NCBI RefSeq assembly: GCF_026626685.1
Contig: NZ_JAPNJX010000001.1
Location: forward strand, 332,752-396,751
Reading direction: 5' to 3'
Length of the DNA stretch: 64,000 bases
Origin: Nannocystis sp. SCPEA4
GTDB lineage: Bacteria > Myxococcota_A > Polyangia > Nannocystales > Nannocystaceae
Position numbers and translations under genes: made by a program. The notes under the pieces are model-generated. The model was given only the letters and a program-made list of their open reading frames with translations. It had not been told where the DNA came from and did no database searches. Shown in pieces: positions 21,001-30,157 of the stretch. Each line of letters begins with the position of its first letter. Positions within the stretch are counted from its first letter, which is position 1.

Positions 21001-21983
21001 CGCGCTCGCTCGACCTCCTCCGCCTCGCGGCGTGCTGCAGCCGACGCCCGGCGGATCGCCCACGCGACGCGCAGCGCCTCGGCGGTGGGCCCCACGTCGT
21101 GCACACGCACGAGCGCCGCACCGCCGAGCGCCGCCATGATCGCCGCGGTGACGCTGCCGATCAGGCGCTCCTCGACCGGCCGCGGCTTGCCGCCGATGAC
21201 GCCGAGGAACGCCTTGCGACTGGCACCGATGACCACGGGGCAACCTGTCTCTCGCATCAGGTAGTCGGCCGCGCCGACGAGCGCCGCGCTGTGCTCGGCC
21301 GTCTTGCCGAAGCCGATGCCGGGGTCGATGGCGATCCGCTCGGCGGCCACGCCGGCGCGCAGCGCCAGCTCGACCGCCCGACCGAGCTCCGCCGCGACCT
21401 CGGGCAGCACGCGCTCGAAGCGGATGTCGTGCATCATCGTCGCCGGCTCGCCGCGCAGGTGGCCGATCACGAGGCCCGCGCCGGTGTCGGCGGCGACGCG
21501 CGCCATCTCGGGATCGGCGAGCCCGCTGACGTCGTTGATGATCGCCGCACCGGCCGCCATCGCTGCGGCAGCGACCGCGGCGCGCCGTGTGTCGACGCTG
21601 ATCGGCGTGCCCGTCAGCTCCGGATCGGCGACGAGGCCGCGGATCACCGGCAGCACGCGGCGCAGCTCGACGTCGGGCGCCACCGCGGTCGCGCCCGGCC
21701 GCGTCGACTCGCCGCCGACGTCGAGGACATCGGCGCCTTGCTGGCGATACGTGCGACAAAGCCTGGCGGCCACGCTGACGCTCGCGTCGTCGGTCTCCGG
21801 CGCGAGCAGGTTGCCGCCGTCGAAGAAGCTGTCCGGCGTGACGTTGACGATCGCCATCACCCGCGGTGCGTTCACGTCGAGCGCACCACGGGCGTGCACC
21901 CACGCGGGCGCCGGCGCGGGCTCGGGCCGCGCGCCGTCGTCACGGGCGAAGGCGCGGTCGGCGGCGGAGGACATCGCCGCCAT
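20994..21983 (-). CDS. folP: dihydropteroate synthase
   Basis: Pterin-binding domain (NVTPDSFFDGG...DVGGESTRPG...IGFGK). An alternative start at ATG 21857 (MAIVNVTPDSF) is more typical. Its stop overlaps the cdaA start by 7 nt. Confidence 0.85.
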   Translation of the reverse strand: MAAMSSAADRAFARDDGARPEPAPAPAWVHARGALDVNAPRVMAIVNVTPDSFFDGGNLLAPETDDASVSVAARLCRTYRQQGADVLDVGGESTRPGATAVAPDVELRRVLPVIRGLVADPELTGTPISVDTRRAAVAAAAMAAGAAIINDVSGLADPEMARVAADTGAGLVIGHLRGEPATMMHDIRFERVLPEVAAELGRAVELALRAGVAAERIAIDPGIGFGKTAEHSAALVGAADYLMRETGCPVVIGASRKAFLGVIGGKPRPVEERLIGSVTAAIMAALGGAALVRVHDVGPTAEALRVAWAIRRASAAARREAEEVERARW

Positions 21984-21995
21984 GGTAGCGCGGCA

Positions 21996-23384
21996 TCACG
22001 CCAATGACACGCCCGGGTCGCTGTTGTCGCTGTGCCCGCCAGCCGCCCCGCCGCGCCCGGCCGCGAATTGCTTGGCGTCGATCCCGTAGCGGCGCAGCAG
22101 CTTGTGCAGGTACTTGCGGTCCATATCGGCCTCGCGGGCCGCCCGCGAGATGTTGCCCTCGGCCCGCTGGAGCAGCCAGTTCAGGTACGTCTCCTCGAAC
22201 AGCTCGACCGCGCGTTCCTTCTGCTCGCGGAAGGTCAGCGTCGGGTCGAACGCGACCTGCTGCTCGCGCCCGGCGCGCCCGAGGTTGCCCGTGGTGATGA
22301 GGTCGATGACGCCGTCGGGCGAGAGGTAGGCCGAGCGCTCGACGACGTTGCGGAGCTCGCGGACGTTGCCGGGCCAGTCGTAGCCGACCAGGCGGGCCAT
22401 GGCCTCGGGGCCAGGCGCGCGCCACATGCCCGGCGGCAGGCGGCGCGAGAACTGGTCGATGAGCATCGGGATGTCCTCGCGACGGTCGCGCAGCGCCGGC
22501 ACCTCGATGTGGACGACGGCGAGCAGGAAGTACAGGTCCTCGCGGAACTCGCCCGACTTGACCTGCTCCCGCAGCCCGCGGCTCGCGGTCGCCAGCACGC
22601 GGATGTCGACCTCGAGCTCCTCGGTCACTCCGTGTCGCCGGACCTTCCCGTTCTCCAGGGCGCGGGTGAGCTTCGGCTGGAGGTCGGCGGGCAGCTCGCC
22701 GATGTCGTCGAACACCAGCGTGCCGCCGTGGGCGAGCTCGAACGCGCCGCGTCGGTCCTCGTGGCCGAACAGCTCGACCTCCAGTTGTGCAGCGGCCGTT
22801 CCACCGCAGTCGACGACCACGAAGGGGCCGTCGCGCCGCGGCGAAATATCGTGGATAGCCCGAGCCAGCAGAGCCTTGCCGGTGCCTGTCTCGCCGTCGA
22901 GGAGAATGGTCGCCTCGGCGCCTGCGACGCGTTCGAGGACGCCGAAGATCTTGCGCATCGCAAGGCTGCGTCCGCAGACCGGACCGAAGCTGTCGGCTTC
23001 GCTAGGGAGAAGTTCGACACGCGAGTCACGCGGCATGAATCGGACCTGGACCTTGCCGAGTCCGAGAACATCGCCCGGTCGCAGGAACCCGTCGCTGACC
23101 CGCACACCACCGATGAACATGCCGTTCGTCGACTGTTGATCCAGGACGCGATAGCTGTCGCCCTGTCGCCGGATCTCGGCGTGGATCCGGCTCACCGACT
23201 CGTCGGGGAGGACCACGTCGCACTGGCGTGACTTGCCGAGCTGGACGACATCCTGGGTGACATCAATCTCACGGCCGCGGAGCTCGCCGTTCAGGACGAC
23301 CAGCCGAAAACCGGAGTGCCGCATGGGCTCGGCATCGTCCTGGACCACCGTCGAATCCACCGCTGCTTCGATCTCGTGCGCCAT
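21996..23384 (-). CDS. FHA-domain / AAA+ sigma-54-interaction-domain / Fis-HTH transcriptional regulator; the GAFTGA loop appears deleted
   Basis: FHA domain ([22 protein letters not shown]...STNGMF), Walker [46 protein letters not shown]-finger region and a C-terminal Fis-type HTH. The start was verified as ATG at 23384 (MAHEIEAA...). Confidence 0.8.
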   Translation of the reverse strand: MAHEIEAAVDSTVVQDDAEPMRHSGFRLVVLNGELRGREIDVTQDVVQLGKSRQCDVVLPDESVSRIHAEIRRQGDSYRVLDQQSTNGMFIGGVRVSDGFLRPGDVLGLGKVQVRFMPRDSRVELLPSEADSFGPVCGRSLAMRKIFGVLERVAGAEATILLDGETGTGKALLARAIHDISPRRDGPFVVVDCGGTAAAQLEVELFGHEDRRGAFELAHGGTLVFDDIGELPADLQPKLTRALENGKVRRHGVTEELEVDIRVLATASRGLREQVKSGEFREDLYFLLAVVHIEVPALRDRREDIPMLIDQFSRRLPPGMWRAPGPEAMARLVGYDWPGNVRELRNVVERSAYLSPDGVIDLITTGNLGRAGREQQVAFDPTLTFREQKERAVELFEETYLNWLLQRAEGNISRAAREADMDRKYLHKLLRRYGIDAKQFAAGRGGAAGGHSDNSDPGVSLA

Positions 23385-23494
23385 GTCCTCCACGCTACCA
23401 GGGGGCTCCTCCTGCGGGAAGCACACAACGGCCGGTACAGAGCGTTTGGCGAAGATTGACAGCGTTGAGGTCGCTCGGCCGCAGACAAAAAAAA

Positions 23495-23533
23495 TCGGGG
23501 TGCCTCGGCCCCGAAGCACCCCGAACCTCGCGG
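23495..23533 (-). terminator. Rho-independent terminator (stem CGGGGTGC/GCACCCCG followed by a T8 run on the minus strand)
   Basis: On the minus strand the sequence reads ...CGGGGTGCTTCGGGGCCGAGGCACCCCGATTTTTTTTGT, directly downstream of the 23544 stop codon. Confidence 0.75.
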
Positions 23534-23543
23534 GAAAAACTCC

Positions 23544-24023
23544 TCAGACGTAGAAGTCGACGATGGCCACCCCGCGCTCCGGGGGCTCGGGCAGCGGAGC
23601 CCGCTCGTCGAGCTCGTCAGCGGGCACGCGCGGCAATTCGAGCTCGATCTGCAGCGTCGGAGTCCGCTTGCCCGGGATCTTCTTGCTCGGGACTTGCTTC
23701 TGCTTCTCGAGGGCTGGTCGCATGAACACCTGCCTTTTTCGCCAGAATTCGGGACGCGCTAGCGGGCGGTCTGTCTCAAAGCTCACGAGATCGGCGCTTG
23801 CACCGCCACCCTGCGGGGAGTACCTATCCTCCCCACGAGCGACGTGGTTCGCTCGGCTCGCAGCTCCGACCCTGATGTGCCCACCATCCGGCTCGGAGCG
23901 CCTGAATTCTTGGTTGGCCACCTTACGTTTGAGACTAACGCGGCCACGGATGTTGGCAAGAATTGTCTTCGCGCCGTTTGGCGCCGGGACAGTGTGCGCG
24001 AGGCGTACACCAGCGCCCTGCAT
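23544..24023 (-). CDS. hypothetical 159-aa basic protein in a lower-GC island
   Basis: Open frame with ATG at 24023 and KR-rich composition (KRKVANQEFRR...KQKQVPSKKIPGKRTPTL). Third-position GC is clearly lower than the neighbours. No domain recognised. Confidence 0.4.
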   Translation of the reverse strand: MQGAGVRLAHTVPAPNGAKTILANIRGRVSLKRKVANQEFRRSEPDGGHIRVGAASRANHVARGEDRYSPQGGGASADLVSFETDRPLARPEFWRKRQVFMRPALEKQKQVPSKKIPGKRTPTLQIELELPRVPADELDERAPLPEPPERGVAIVDFYV

Positions 24024-24088
24024 ACGACGGGCGAATTGAGCCCAGGCGCCGCGCACGACCTTGCCGGTCCGCGCCTCCGGCGACAAAC

Positions 24089-24727
24089 TCAGAAGTCGAC
24101 CACGACCCAGCGGGTGCCTTCTCGCTCGAGTCGGGCGACCTCGGCGTTTCCCAGGTCGAGCACCGCCTCGTGGGCGTCCGCGACGATGGGATCGCCCAGC
24201 CGGGCCGCGAGGCGATCGCGGGCCGTCTGCAAGGCGTCGGCATGCTCGCCCTCGGTCCACGCGGCGCGGAGATCGTCTTCCGACAGACCGAGGCGGTAGC
24301 GCTCGGGGGCGAGGCCGAGGAGCACGTCCCAGCGGCGCTGGAGGCTCGCCCGCACCAGGCTCCGCAACGCCGCACGGGGCGTCGACTGGTCGTACACGAG
24401 AGTGGGGTCCTCGCCGAACACCCAGCCGCGCGGCGTCCAGCGGACGTCGATCGGCGAGTCGGCCGCGAGGAAGACGACCGCACGCGGGCGGATCTCCGCC
24501 GGCTTCTTCAGCGACTTGGCCCAGCGCTGGCGCGTCGCCTTGTCGCCGAGGATCGCCGCATAGTCGACGCGAGCGCGCGCGCCGACGAGCACGTGACTCG
24601 ACAGCGCCTTCGCATCGCCGCGACGAACCGCACCGGCGGCTGTCTCGCTGGCGCGCGCGAGGCCGCGGACGTCTCGCTGTGCGCAGGACGCGAGCAGCAG
24701 CGCCACGCACACCGCGTGGATCTTCAC
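24089..24727 (-). CDS. hypothetical lipoprotein
   Basis: Lipobox signal MKIHAVCVALLLASCAQ. Its start overlaps the fabZ stop (ATGA). Confidence 0.55.
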   Translation of the reverse strand: MKIHAVCVALLLASCAQRDVRGLARASETAAGAVRRGDAKALSSHVLVGARARVDYAAILGDKATRQRWAKSLKKPAEIRPRAVVFLAADSPIDVRWTPRGWVFGEDPTLVYDQSTPRAALRSLVRASLQRRWDVLLGLAPERYRLGLSEDDLRAAWTEGEHADALQTARDRLAARLGDPIVADAHEAVLDLGNAEVARLEREGTRWVVVDF

Positions 24728-25182
24728 GCAGCGCCTCCGGCGTCGCTGCGCTTGGGCTCGATGATCGCGGTGAACACGCCCGAACTCTTCACTTGCTCGC
24801 CGACGCGGGTCTCGCCGGAGAACTTGCCGATCCGGCCCAGTCGTTGCGCTTTGACCTCGATCGTCAGCACGTCGCCGGGCACCACGGGCGCGCGGAACTT
24901 GGCCTCCTGGATGGCCATGAAGAAGCAGTTGTGAAGCGCCGGGTCGAACACGCCGGACAGGTTGGCGAGCACCACCGCGGCCTGCGCCATCGCCTCGACC
25001 TGGACCACGCCCGGGAGGATCGGGAAGCCGGGGAAGTGACCTTGCAGGATCGGGTCGCCGACCGACACCAGCTTCTGCGCGACGATCGACTCGTTCGGCG
25101 TCGCCGCGAGCACGCGGTCGATGAACAGGAAGGGGTACCGGTGCGGGAGGATCTTCTGGAGCTGAACGGCGTCGAGGAGCAT
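24724..25182 (-). CDS. fabZ: 3-hydroxyacyl-ACP dehydratase
   Basis: LPHRYPFLFIDRV...GHFPGFPILPGVVQVEAMAQ is a hotdog-fold FabZ signature. Confidence 0.9.
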   Translation of the reverse strand: MLLDAVQLQKILPHRYPFLFIDRVLAATPNESIVAQKLVSVGDPILQGHFPGFPILPGVVQVEAMAQAAVVLANLSGVFDPALHNCFFMAIQEAKFRAPVVPGDVLTIEVKAQRLGRIGKFSGETRVGEQVKSSGVFTAIIEPKRSDAGGAA

Positions 25183-25319
25183 CGGTGGGCGCGTAGCTTA
25201 TCAGACTGCCCGGCGCCGGGCCGGGGCGAGCGCGACGCCGGCCGCAAACGCGAACATCCCGGAGCCGCGCAACGTGGTGCGCGAGTCCGGGACGTGCGAG
25301 CGGCCGGGGCGGCCGGAGC

Positions 25320-25883
25320 TTAGGACGGGTACTTGGCGTTGTAGCGCTTGACGAGCTCGGTCGTGATGTCGAGTCCGGGCTCGACGAACAGCACGGTCGA
25401 GTCGTCGCGGATCAGCACCAGGTCGACGTTCTTCTCGGCGGCCAGCTTGTCGATGATCGTCTGGCAGTTCTTGTAGATGTCCTCGAGGACACGCGACTCC
25501 TGCTGCGTGAGCTCCTGCTGCATGGTCATGTAGATCTGCTGCATCTCCATGTACTCCTTCTGCAGCGCCTCCTCCGCGGCGGCGAGCTTCTCGCCTTGCA
25601 GGCTCTTCAGCTTGCCGGTGTCGGCCTCGAGCTTCTTGCGCTTCTGCTCGAGCTTCTCCTGCTTGGCCTTGGAGCTGTCCTCGAGCTTCTTGCGCGCGGC
25701 CTGGCCCTGCTTGGTGTCGGCGAGGACCTTTTGCATGTCGACGACGGCGACGCCGCGGACCTGCGGAATGGTGGCCTGAGCGGGCGTGACGAAGTTGGGG
25801 GCGAGGCCGGCGCCGCCCGCGAAGGCGAGCGCGACGGCGGCGGCGGAGAGCAGACGACCGAGACGACGCTGGGGGGTGGGCAT
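25320..25883 (-). CDS. skp: OmpH/Skp-family periplasmic chaperone
   Basis: Signal peptide, then a coiled-coil segment rich in K, E and Q, as in OmpH. Start taken at the ATG with an AAGGA RBS (MPTPQRRLG...); the ORF begins at 25910. Confidence 0.7.
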   Translation of the reverse strand: MPTPQRRLGRLLSAAAVALAFAGGAGLAPNFVTPAQATIPQVRGVAVVDMQKVLADTKQGQAARKKLEDSSKAKQEKLEQKRKKLEADTGKLKSLQGEKLAAAEEALQKEYMEMQQIYMTMQQELTQQESRVLEDIYKNCQTIIDKLAAEKNVDLVLIRDDSTVLFVEPGLDITTELVKRYNAKYPS

Positions 25884-25906
25884 GGCGGAACGATCCTTCA
25901 CGTGAG

Positions 25907-26458
25907 TCACTTGTGCTTCTTGTCGTAGGCGACGATCACGCGGTTGGTGATGTCGAGCTTGGGGTTGGCGTAGAGGACCGTCGCCGGGGAGCGGACCAGG
26001 ACGATCTGCAGACTGTCCTCGGCCGCGATGTCTTTCACGATGGCCGCGACGTTCTTGTAGATCTTCTCGGTGAGCTGCGCTTCCTTCGTCGCCACGTCCT
26101 CCTGGAGCTGGGCGTACAGCTGCTGCAGCTCCTGGTCCTTGACGACGAGCTCTTGCTGGCGCTTGGCGATCTCTCCGTCGGAGAGCAGCGTCCGCTTCGC
26201 CATCAGGTCCTCGTACTTCTTCTTGAGGTCCTCGGTCTTCTTGTCGAGCTGCGACTGGCCCTTCGCGAACGCCGACTCGAGGTCCTTCTTGCCCTTGGTG
26301 CCCTGCGTGGTCTCCAGCAGGCAGCGCTGCAGGTCGACGAGGGCGACCTGTTTGAGGGCGTTGACGGTGGCAGCCGGCGCGGCGGCGACCGTGGAGGCGC
26401 CGAGAACGCCGGCTGTCATGGCCGCTACGAGGAGGAGGACGCGCGAGGTAGAGGGCAT
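25907..26458 (-). CDS. skp: OmpH/Skp-family periplasmic chaperone, second tandem paralog
   Basis: Same architecture as the downstream copy. Start taken at MPSTSRVLLLVAAMTAGVLGAST (26458); the ORF begins at 26497. Confidence 0.7.
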   Translation of the reverse strand: MPSTSRVLLLVAAMTAGVLGASTVAAAPAATVNALKQVALVDLQRCLLETTQGTKGKKDLESAFAKGQSQLDKKTEDLKKKYEDLMAKRTLLSDGEIAKRQQELVVKDQELQQLYAQLQEDVATKEAQLTEKIYKNVAAIVKDIAAEDSLQIVLVRSPATVLYANPKLDITNRVIVAYDKKHK

Positions 26459-26629
26459 AATGGGCGGGACCTTAGCCGGGGCCGCGCAGGGGGGCAACCG
26501 GGCTGGCCTCGGACGCGCGGTCTCACAGGCGCATTCATATGGTCTGCGGACCTAGCCGGGCGGCCGGGGTGTGGCCTAGCTCACCCCTTTCGCCGCTGTA
26601 AGCGCCGAAAACGGGCCCGGCGGCGGTTT

Positions 26630-29249
26630 TCAGAAGCTGTTGCCGACGTTGAACTCGAACACCACCGGTTCGTCGCCGTAATAGAACTCGGTCGGAGGCA
26701 GACGGTCGAGCGGGAAGCCCCACTCGAACCGCAGCGGACCGATCGGCGACTGCCAGCGGAAGCCGAAGCCGATCGAGCGGCGCAACGACTTGAGGAAGCC
26801 GGGCGCGCCGGGGCGCAGCAGCGTGCACGGGTCGCTCTTCGGCTGCTCGACCGGGTTGGCCTCGACGCAGTACAGCGGCTCGGTGTTGTAGGCGTTGCCG
26901 ATGTCCATGAAGACCACGCCCTTGATGTTGGCGGGCGGGACCATCATGAACTCGAGCTCGAGGTTGAGCGCGGTGAGCAGGTTGCCGCCGATCGTGTACG
27001 GGATCAGGGTCGCCGTCGGGTCGGAGCTGCCGAGCACCTTGATCGCCGGACCGAGGCTGCGCAGACGGTAGCCGCGGATACCGCCGTCGCCGAAGATACC
27101 GCCGGGGAAGTAGCGCTCGAACACCGGCACGCCCTTGTCCTGCGGGCTGTGGATGAAGCCGACCTGCAGGCGGGTCTTGAACACGAGCCACGCGCGGAAC
27201 GCCTGCTTGCTGCGGATGATCGGGAAGTAGAAGCGGAAGTTCGCGTCGTAGCGGTTGAAGCGGTTCTGCGAGCCCCAGTACTTGTTGGCGAACTCGGCCC
27301 GGATCTCGTGCCGCATGCCCTCGGTCGGGAACAGGTAGTTGTCGGTCGTGTCGTAGCGGAGGCTGGCCGTGATCGCCGAGGTGATGCCGTTGTTGAACAG
27401 GTTCGAGATCAGCGCCGAGCCGCTGTAGAGCGTCGAGTAGGCGCCGCCGGTGAACAGGCCGGCGCCGCCTAGCCCGCCGACCCCGCCGAACGAGCCGAAG
27501 TTGCCGAAGCCGACCTTGATGTACTCGAACGAGTAACCGGCGAACAGGATCAGGTTGGGCACGCGCGGGATCGGGTAACCCCACGACAGGCGCACGCCGG
27601 TGCTCTCACGCGAGAACCCGGGGAACACGTTGCGCGAGTTGAAGATGTTGAACGAGAAATTCCAGCGCGAGTCGAGGAAGTAGCGCGTGATGTAGGCGAG
27701 GTTGAACAGGCGCCGCAGGCTCGACATCTGGGCCACGAGAGTCACCGTGGTGCCGCGGCCGAGGAAGTTGTCGTACTGGATCTGCGCCTGCAGCACGAAG
27801 TTCTCGATCGTGCTGAAGCCGGCGCCGACCTGGAACGTGCCGGTCAGGCGCTCGGTCACCTCGACGTTGAGGACGATCTTGTCCTCGGCGCTGCCCTTGC
27901 TGGTCGAGATCGTGACCTGGTTGAAGTAGCCGAGCCGCATCGCGTTGAACTCGGACTGCTCCTTGCCGCTCTCGGAGTAGAGGTCGCCCTCGCGCAGCGC
28001 CATCTCGCGGCGGATGACCTTGTCGGCGGTCTTGTCGTTGCCGCTGATGTTGATGCGCTCGATGTAGACGAGCGGGCCCTTGCCGACCTCGAGCGTCATG
28101 TAGAGCTTGAGGTTCTCGCGGTCCTGGCGGCCGTCGGGGATGACGTTGACGTAGGCGTGGCCGGCGTCCTTGTAGCGGCGCTCGATGTCCTGGATGATCG
28201 TCTGGATCTTCCCCATCGAGGCGACGTCGCCCTCCTTGATGACGGGGTTGATCGAGTCGGCCAGGATGTTCTCGTTGTAGAGCGCCTTCTCGCCGCGCCC
28301 GAGGACCTCCTTCGCGCGGATCTTGCCGACGCGGTACTGCGGGCCCTCGTCGACCGGGACGGTGACGTAGACGAACCGACGGTCGGGGCTGAGGCTCAGC
28401 TCCGGGTCCTTGACGTTGGCGTCGAGGTAGCCGTTGTCGGTGTAGAACTGCTTCAACATCTGGAAGTCGCCGGCGAACGCCTCCTTGTTGAAGACGCCGC
28501 CGGCCTTCTTCGTGACGACGCTGAGGTAGCCGCCGACGCGCGTGATCATGTGCTTGCGCAGCTCGTCGTCGGTGAACGCTTGGTTGCCGATGAACGTGAT
28601 CTTGCGGACGATCGTCTCGGCCGCCTCGCTGATCACGATCTGGATGTCAACCTTGCCGATCTCGTCCTCGACCGGGCGCAGGCCGTAGGTGACCTCGGCG
28701 AGGAAGAAGCCCTTTTCGACGTAGAGCTGCTTGACCTTCTCGACGTTGGCCCGGACCGCGCCGACGTCGAGGATGGCGTTGAGCTTGAGGTCGAGCTGCT
28801 CGTTGATGTCGTCGAGCTTGATCTTGCTGTTGCCCTCGACGACGATCTTCCGGATCGTCGGCCGCTCCTTGACGATGTAGGTCAAGACCACGCCCGATGG
28901 CGTCAACTCGCCCTCGATGCGGATGTCGTCGAACTTGCCGAGGCCCCACAGCCGCTTGATGTCGGTCGCCAGGTTGCGCGGGTTGACGACCGCGTCGATG
29001 TGGCTCTCGAGCTCGAGCATCATCGCCTCGCTCTCGACGCGGCGATTGCCCTCGAAGCGGATGTCGACGATCGGCTGACCGTACAGCTCCTGCGGCACGC
29101 CGGCGGCGGCGGCGCGGAAGAACATGTCCATGCCGATCTCGGCCATGCTCGGGCGCGCGCCAGCGACCTGTCCGAACAGACAGACCAGCGCGCAGGCCAG
29201 CAACGCCAGGGCGCGCGCCAGCGAGGCGCCGCGACGGACGAGATGCACG
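26630..29249 (-). CDS. bamA: outer-membrane protein assembly factor BamA
   Basis: Five POTRA repeats plus a C-terminal Omp85 beta-barrel ending in an aromatic residue (..FNVGNSF). A signal peptide is required, so the start is placed at GTG 29249 (HLVRRGASLARALALLACALVCLFGQVAGA). The ORF-track start at 29398 is likely upstream read-through. Confidence 0.85.
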
Positions 29250-29292
29250 GGGAGGACTACTCCGCGGGCGGAGCTGTGAGGACGACGCTCCG

Positions 29293-30096
29293 TCACTGGG
29301 CTTTCGCGGCGCTCCGCTCGTCGCCGGCGCGGCCCGGGCCGCGCTGATCGTCGACGAGACGTCCGTCTTCCATGCGGATCCGGCGCGGGACCTTCCACGC
29401 CAGCTCCATGTTGTGGGTGACGATCAGCAGCGTCATCTTCCGCTCCTCGTTGAGGCGGAAGAGCAGGTCGTGCACCTCTTCGCTGGTCCGCGTGTCGAGG
29501 TTGCCGGTCGGCTCGTCGGCCAGCAGCAGGGCCGGCTGCATCACCAGCGCGCGGGCGATGGCGACGCGCTGCTGCTCGCCGCCCGACAGCTCACCCGGCC
29601 GGTGATTGAGGCGGTGGGACAGGCCGACGGCCGCGAGCATCTCCCCTGCCCGCTCACGCGCCTCCTTGACCGCCACCCGCCCGATCAGCGCCGGCATCAT
29701 CGCGTTCTCCAGCGCGGTGAACTCGGCCAGCAAGTGGTGGAACTGAAACACGAAGCCGATCGTCTGGTTGCGGAAGCTGGCCAGCTCGGGCGGCGACAGC
29801 CGCGTGATGTCGGTCGACCCGAAGAAGATGCTCCCGCGCGTCGGCAGGTCGAGCGTGCCGAGGCAGTGCAACAGCGTCGACTTGCCCGCACCCGAGGCGC
29901 CGATGATCGTGACCATCTCGCCCGGCTCGAGCGTGAGGTCGACGCCACGCAGCACCTGCAGCACCTGGGCGCCGTGCGTGAATTCCTTGACCATGTTGAC
30001 GACGCGCACGAGCGCCGTCCCGCCGGACGACACAGGTCCAGAACCCGCGCTCCCGCCCGTTTCAGGCCGTACAGCTCGATCAGCGCTCGCACTCAT
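29293..30096 (-). CDS. lolD: lipoprotein-releasing system ATP-binding protein
   Basis: ABC ATPase with Walker [10 protein letters not shown], signature [15 protein letters not shown], Walker [13 protein letters not shown]. The start was verified as ATG at 30096. Confidence 0.85.
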   Translation of the reverse strand: MSASADRAVRPETGGSAGSGPVSSGGTALVRVVNMVKEFTHGAQVLQVLRGVDLTLEPGEMVTIIGASGAGKSTLLHCLGTLDLPTRGSIFFGSTDITRLSPPELASFRNQTIGFVFQFHHLLAEFTALENAMMPALIGRVAVKEARERAGEMLAAVGLSHRLNHRPGELSGGEQQRVAIARALVMQPALLLADEPTGNLDTRTSEEVHDLLFRLNEERKMTLLIVTHNMELAWKVPRRIRMEDGRLVDDQRGPGRAGDERSAAKAQ

Positions 30097-30157
30097 GGGG
30101 GCCGTTGCCGGCGCAACCCTAGACGCGCTGAAATCCCCTGTCAATGCGGCTTGCGGG

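Noticed and set aside
23544-24023. tmRNA / RNase P / SRP RNA in the lower-GC island
   Set aside because: No match to the conserved tmRNA 5'/3' ends, the RNase P P4 sequence (AGGAAAGTCCGGGCTCC) or the SRP domain IV. I keep it only as a hypothetical ORF plus terminator.
26498-26629. Sigma-54 promoter (GG-N10-GC) upstream of skp and elsewhere
   Set aside because: The candidate GGCCAGCCCGGTTGC has 11-nt spacing and poor -12 and -24 matches. No convincing TGGCAC-N5-TTGCW was found in any intergenic region of the window.
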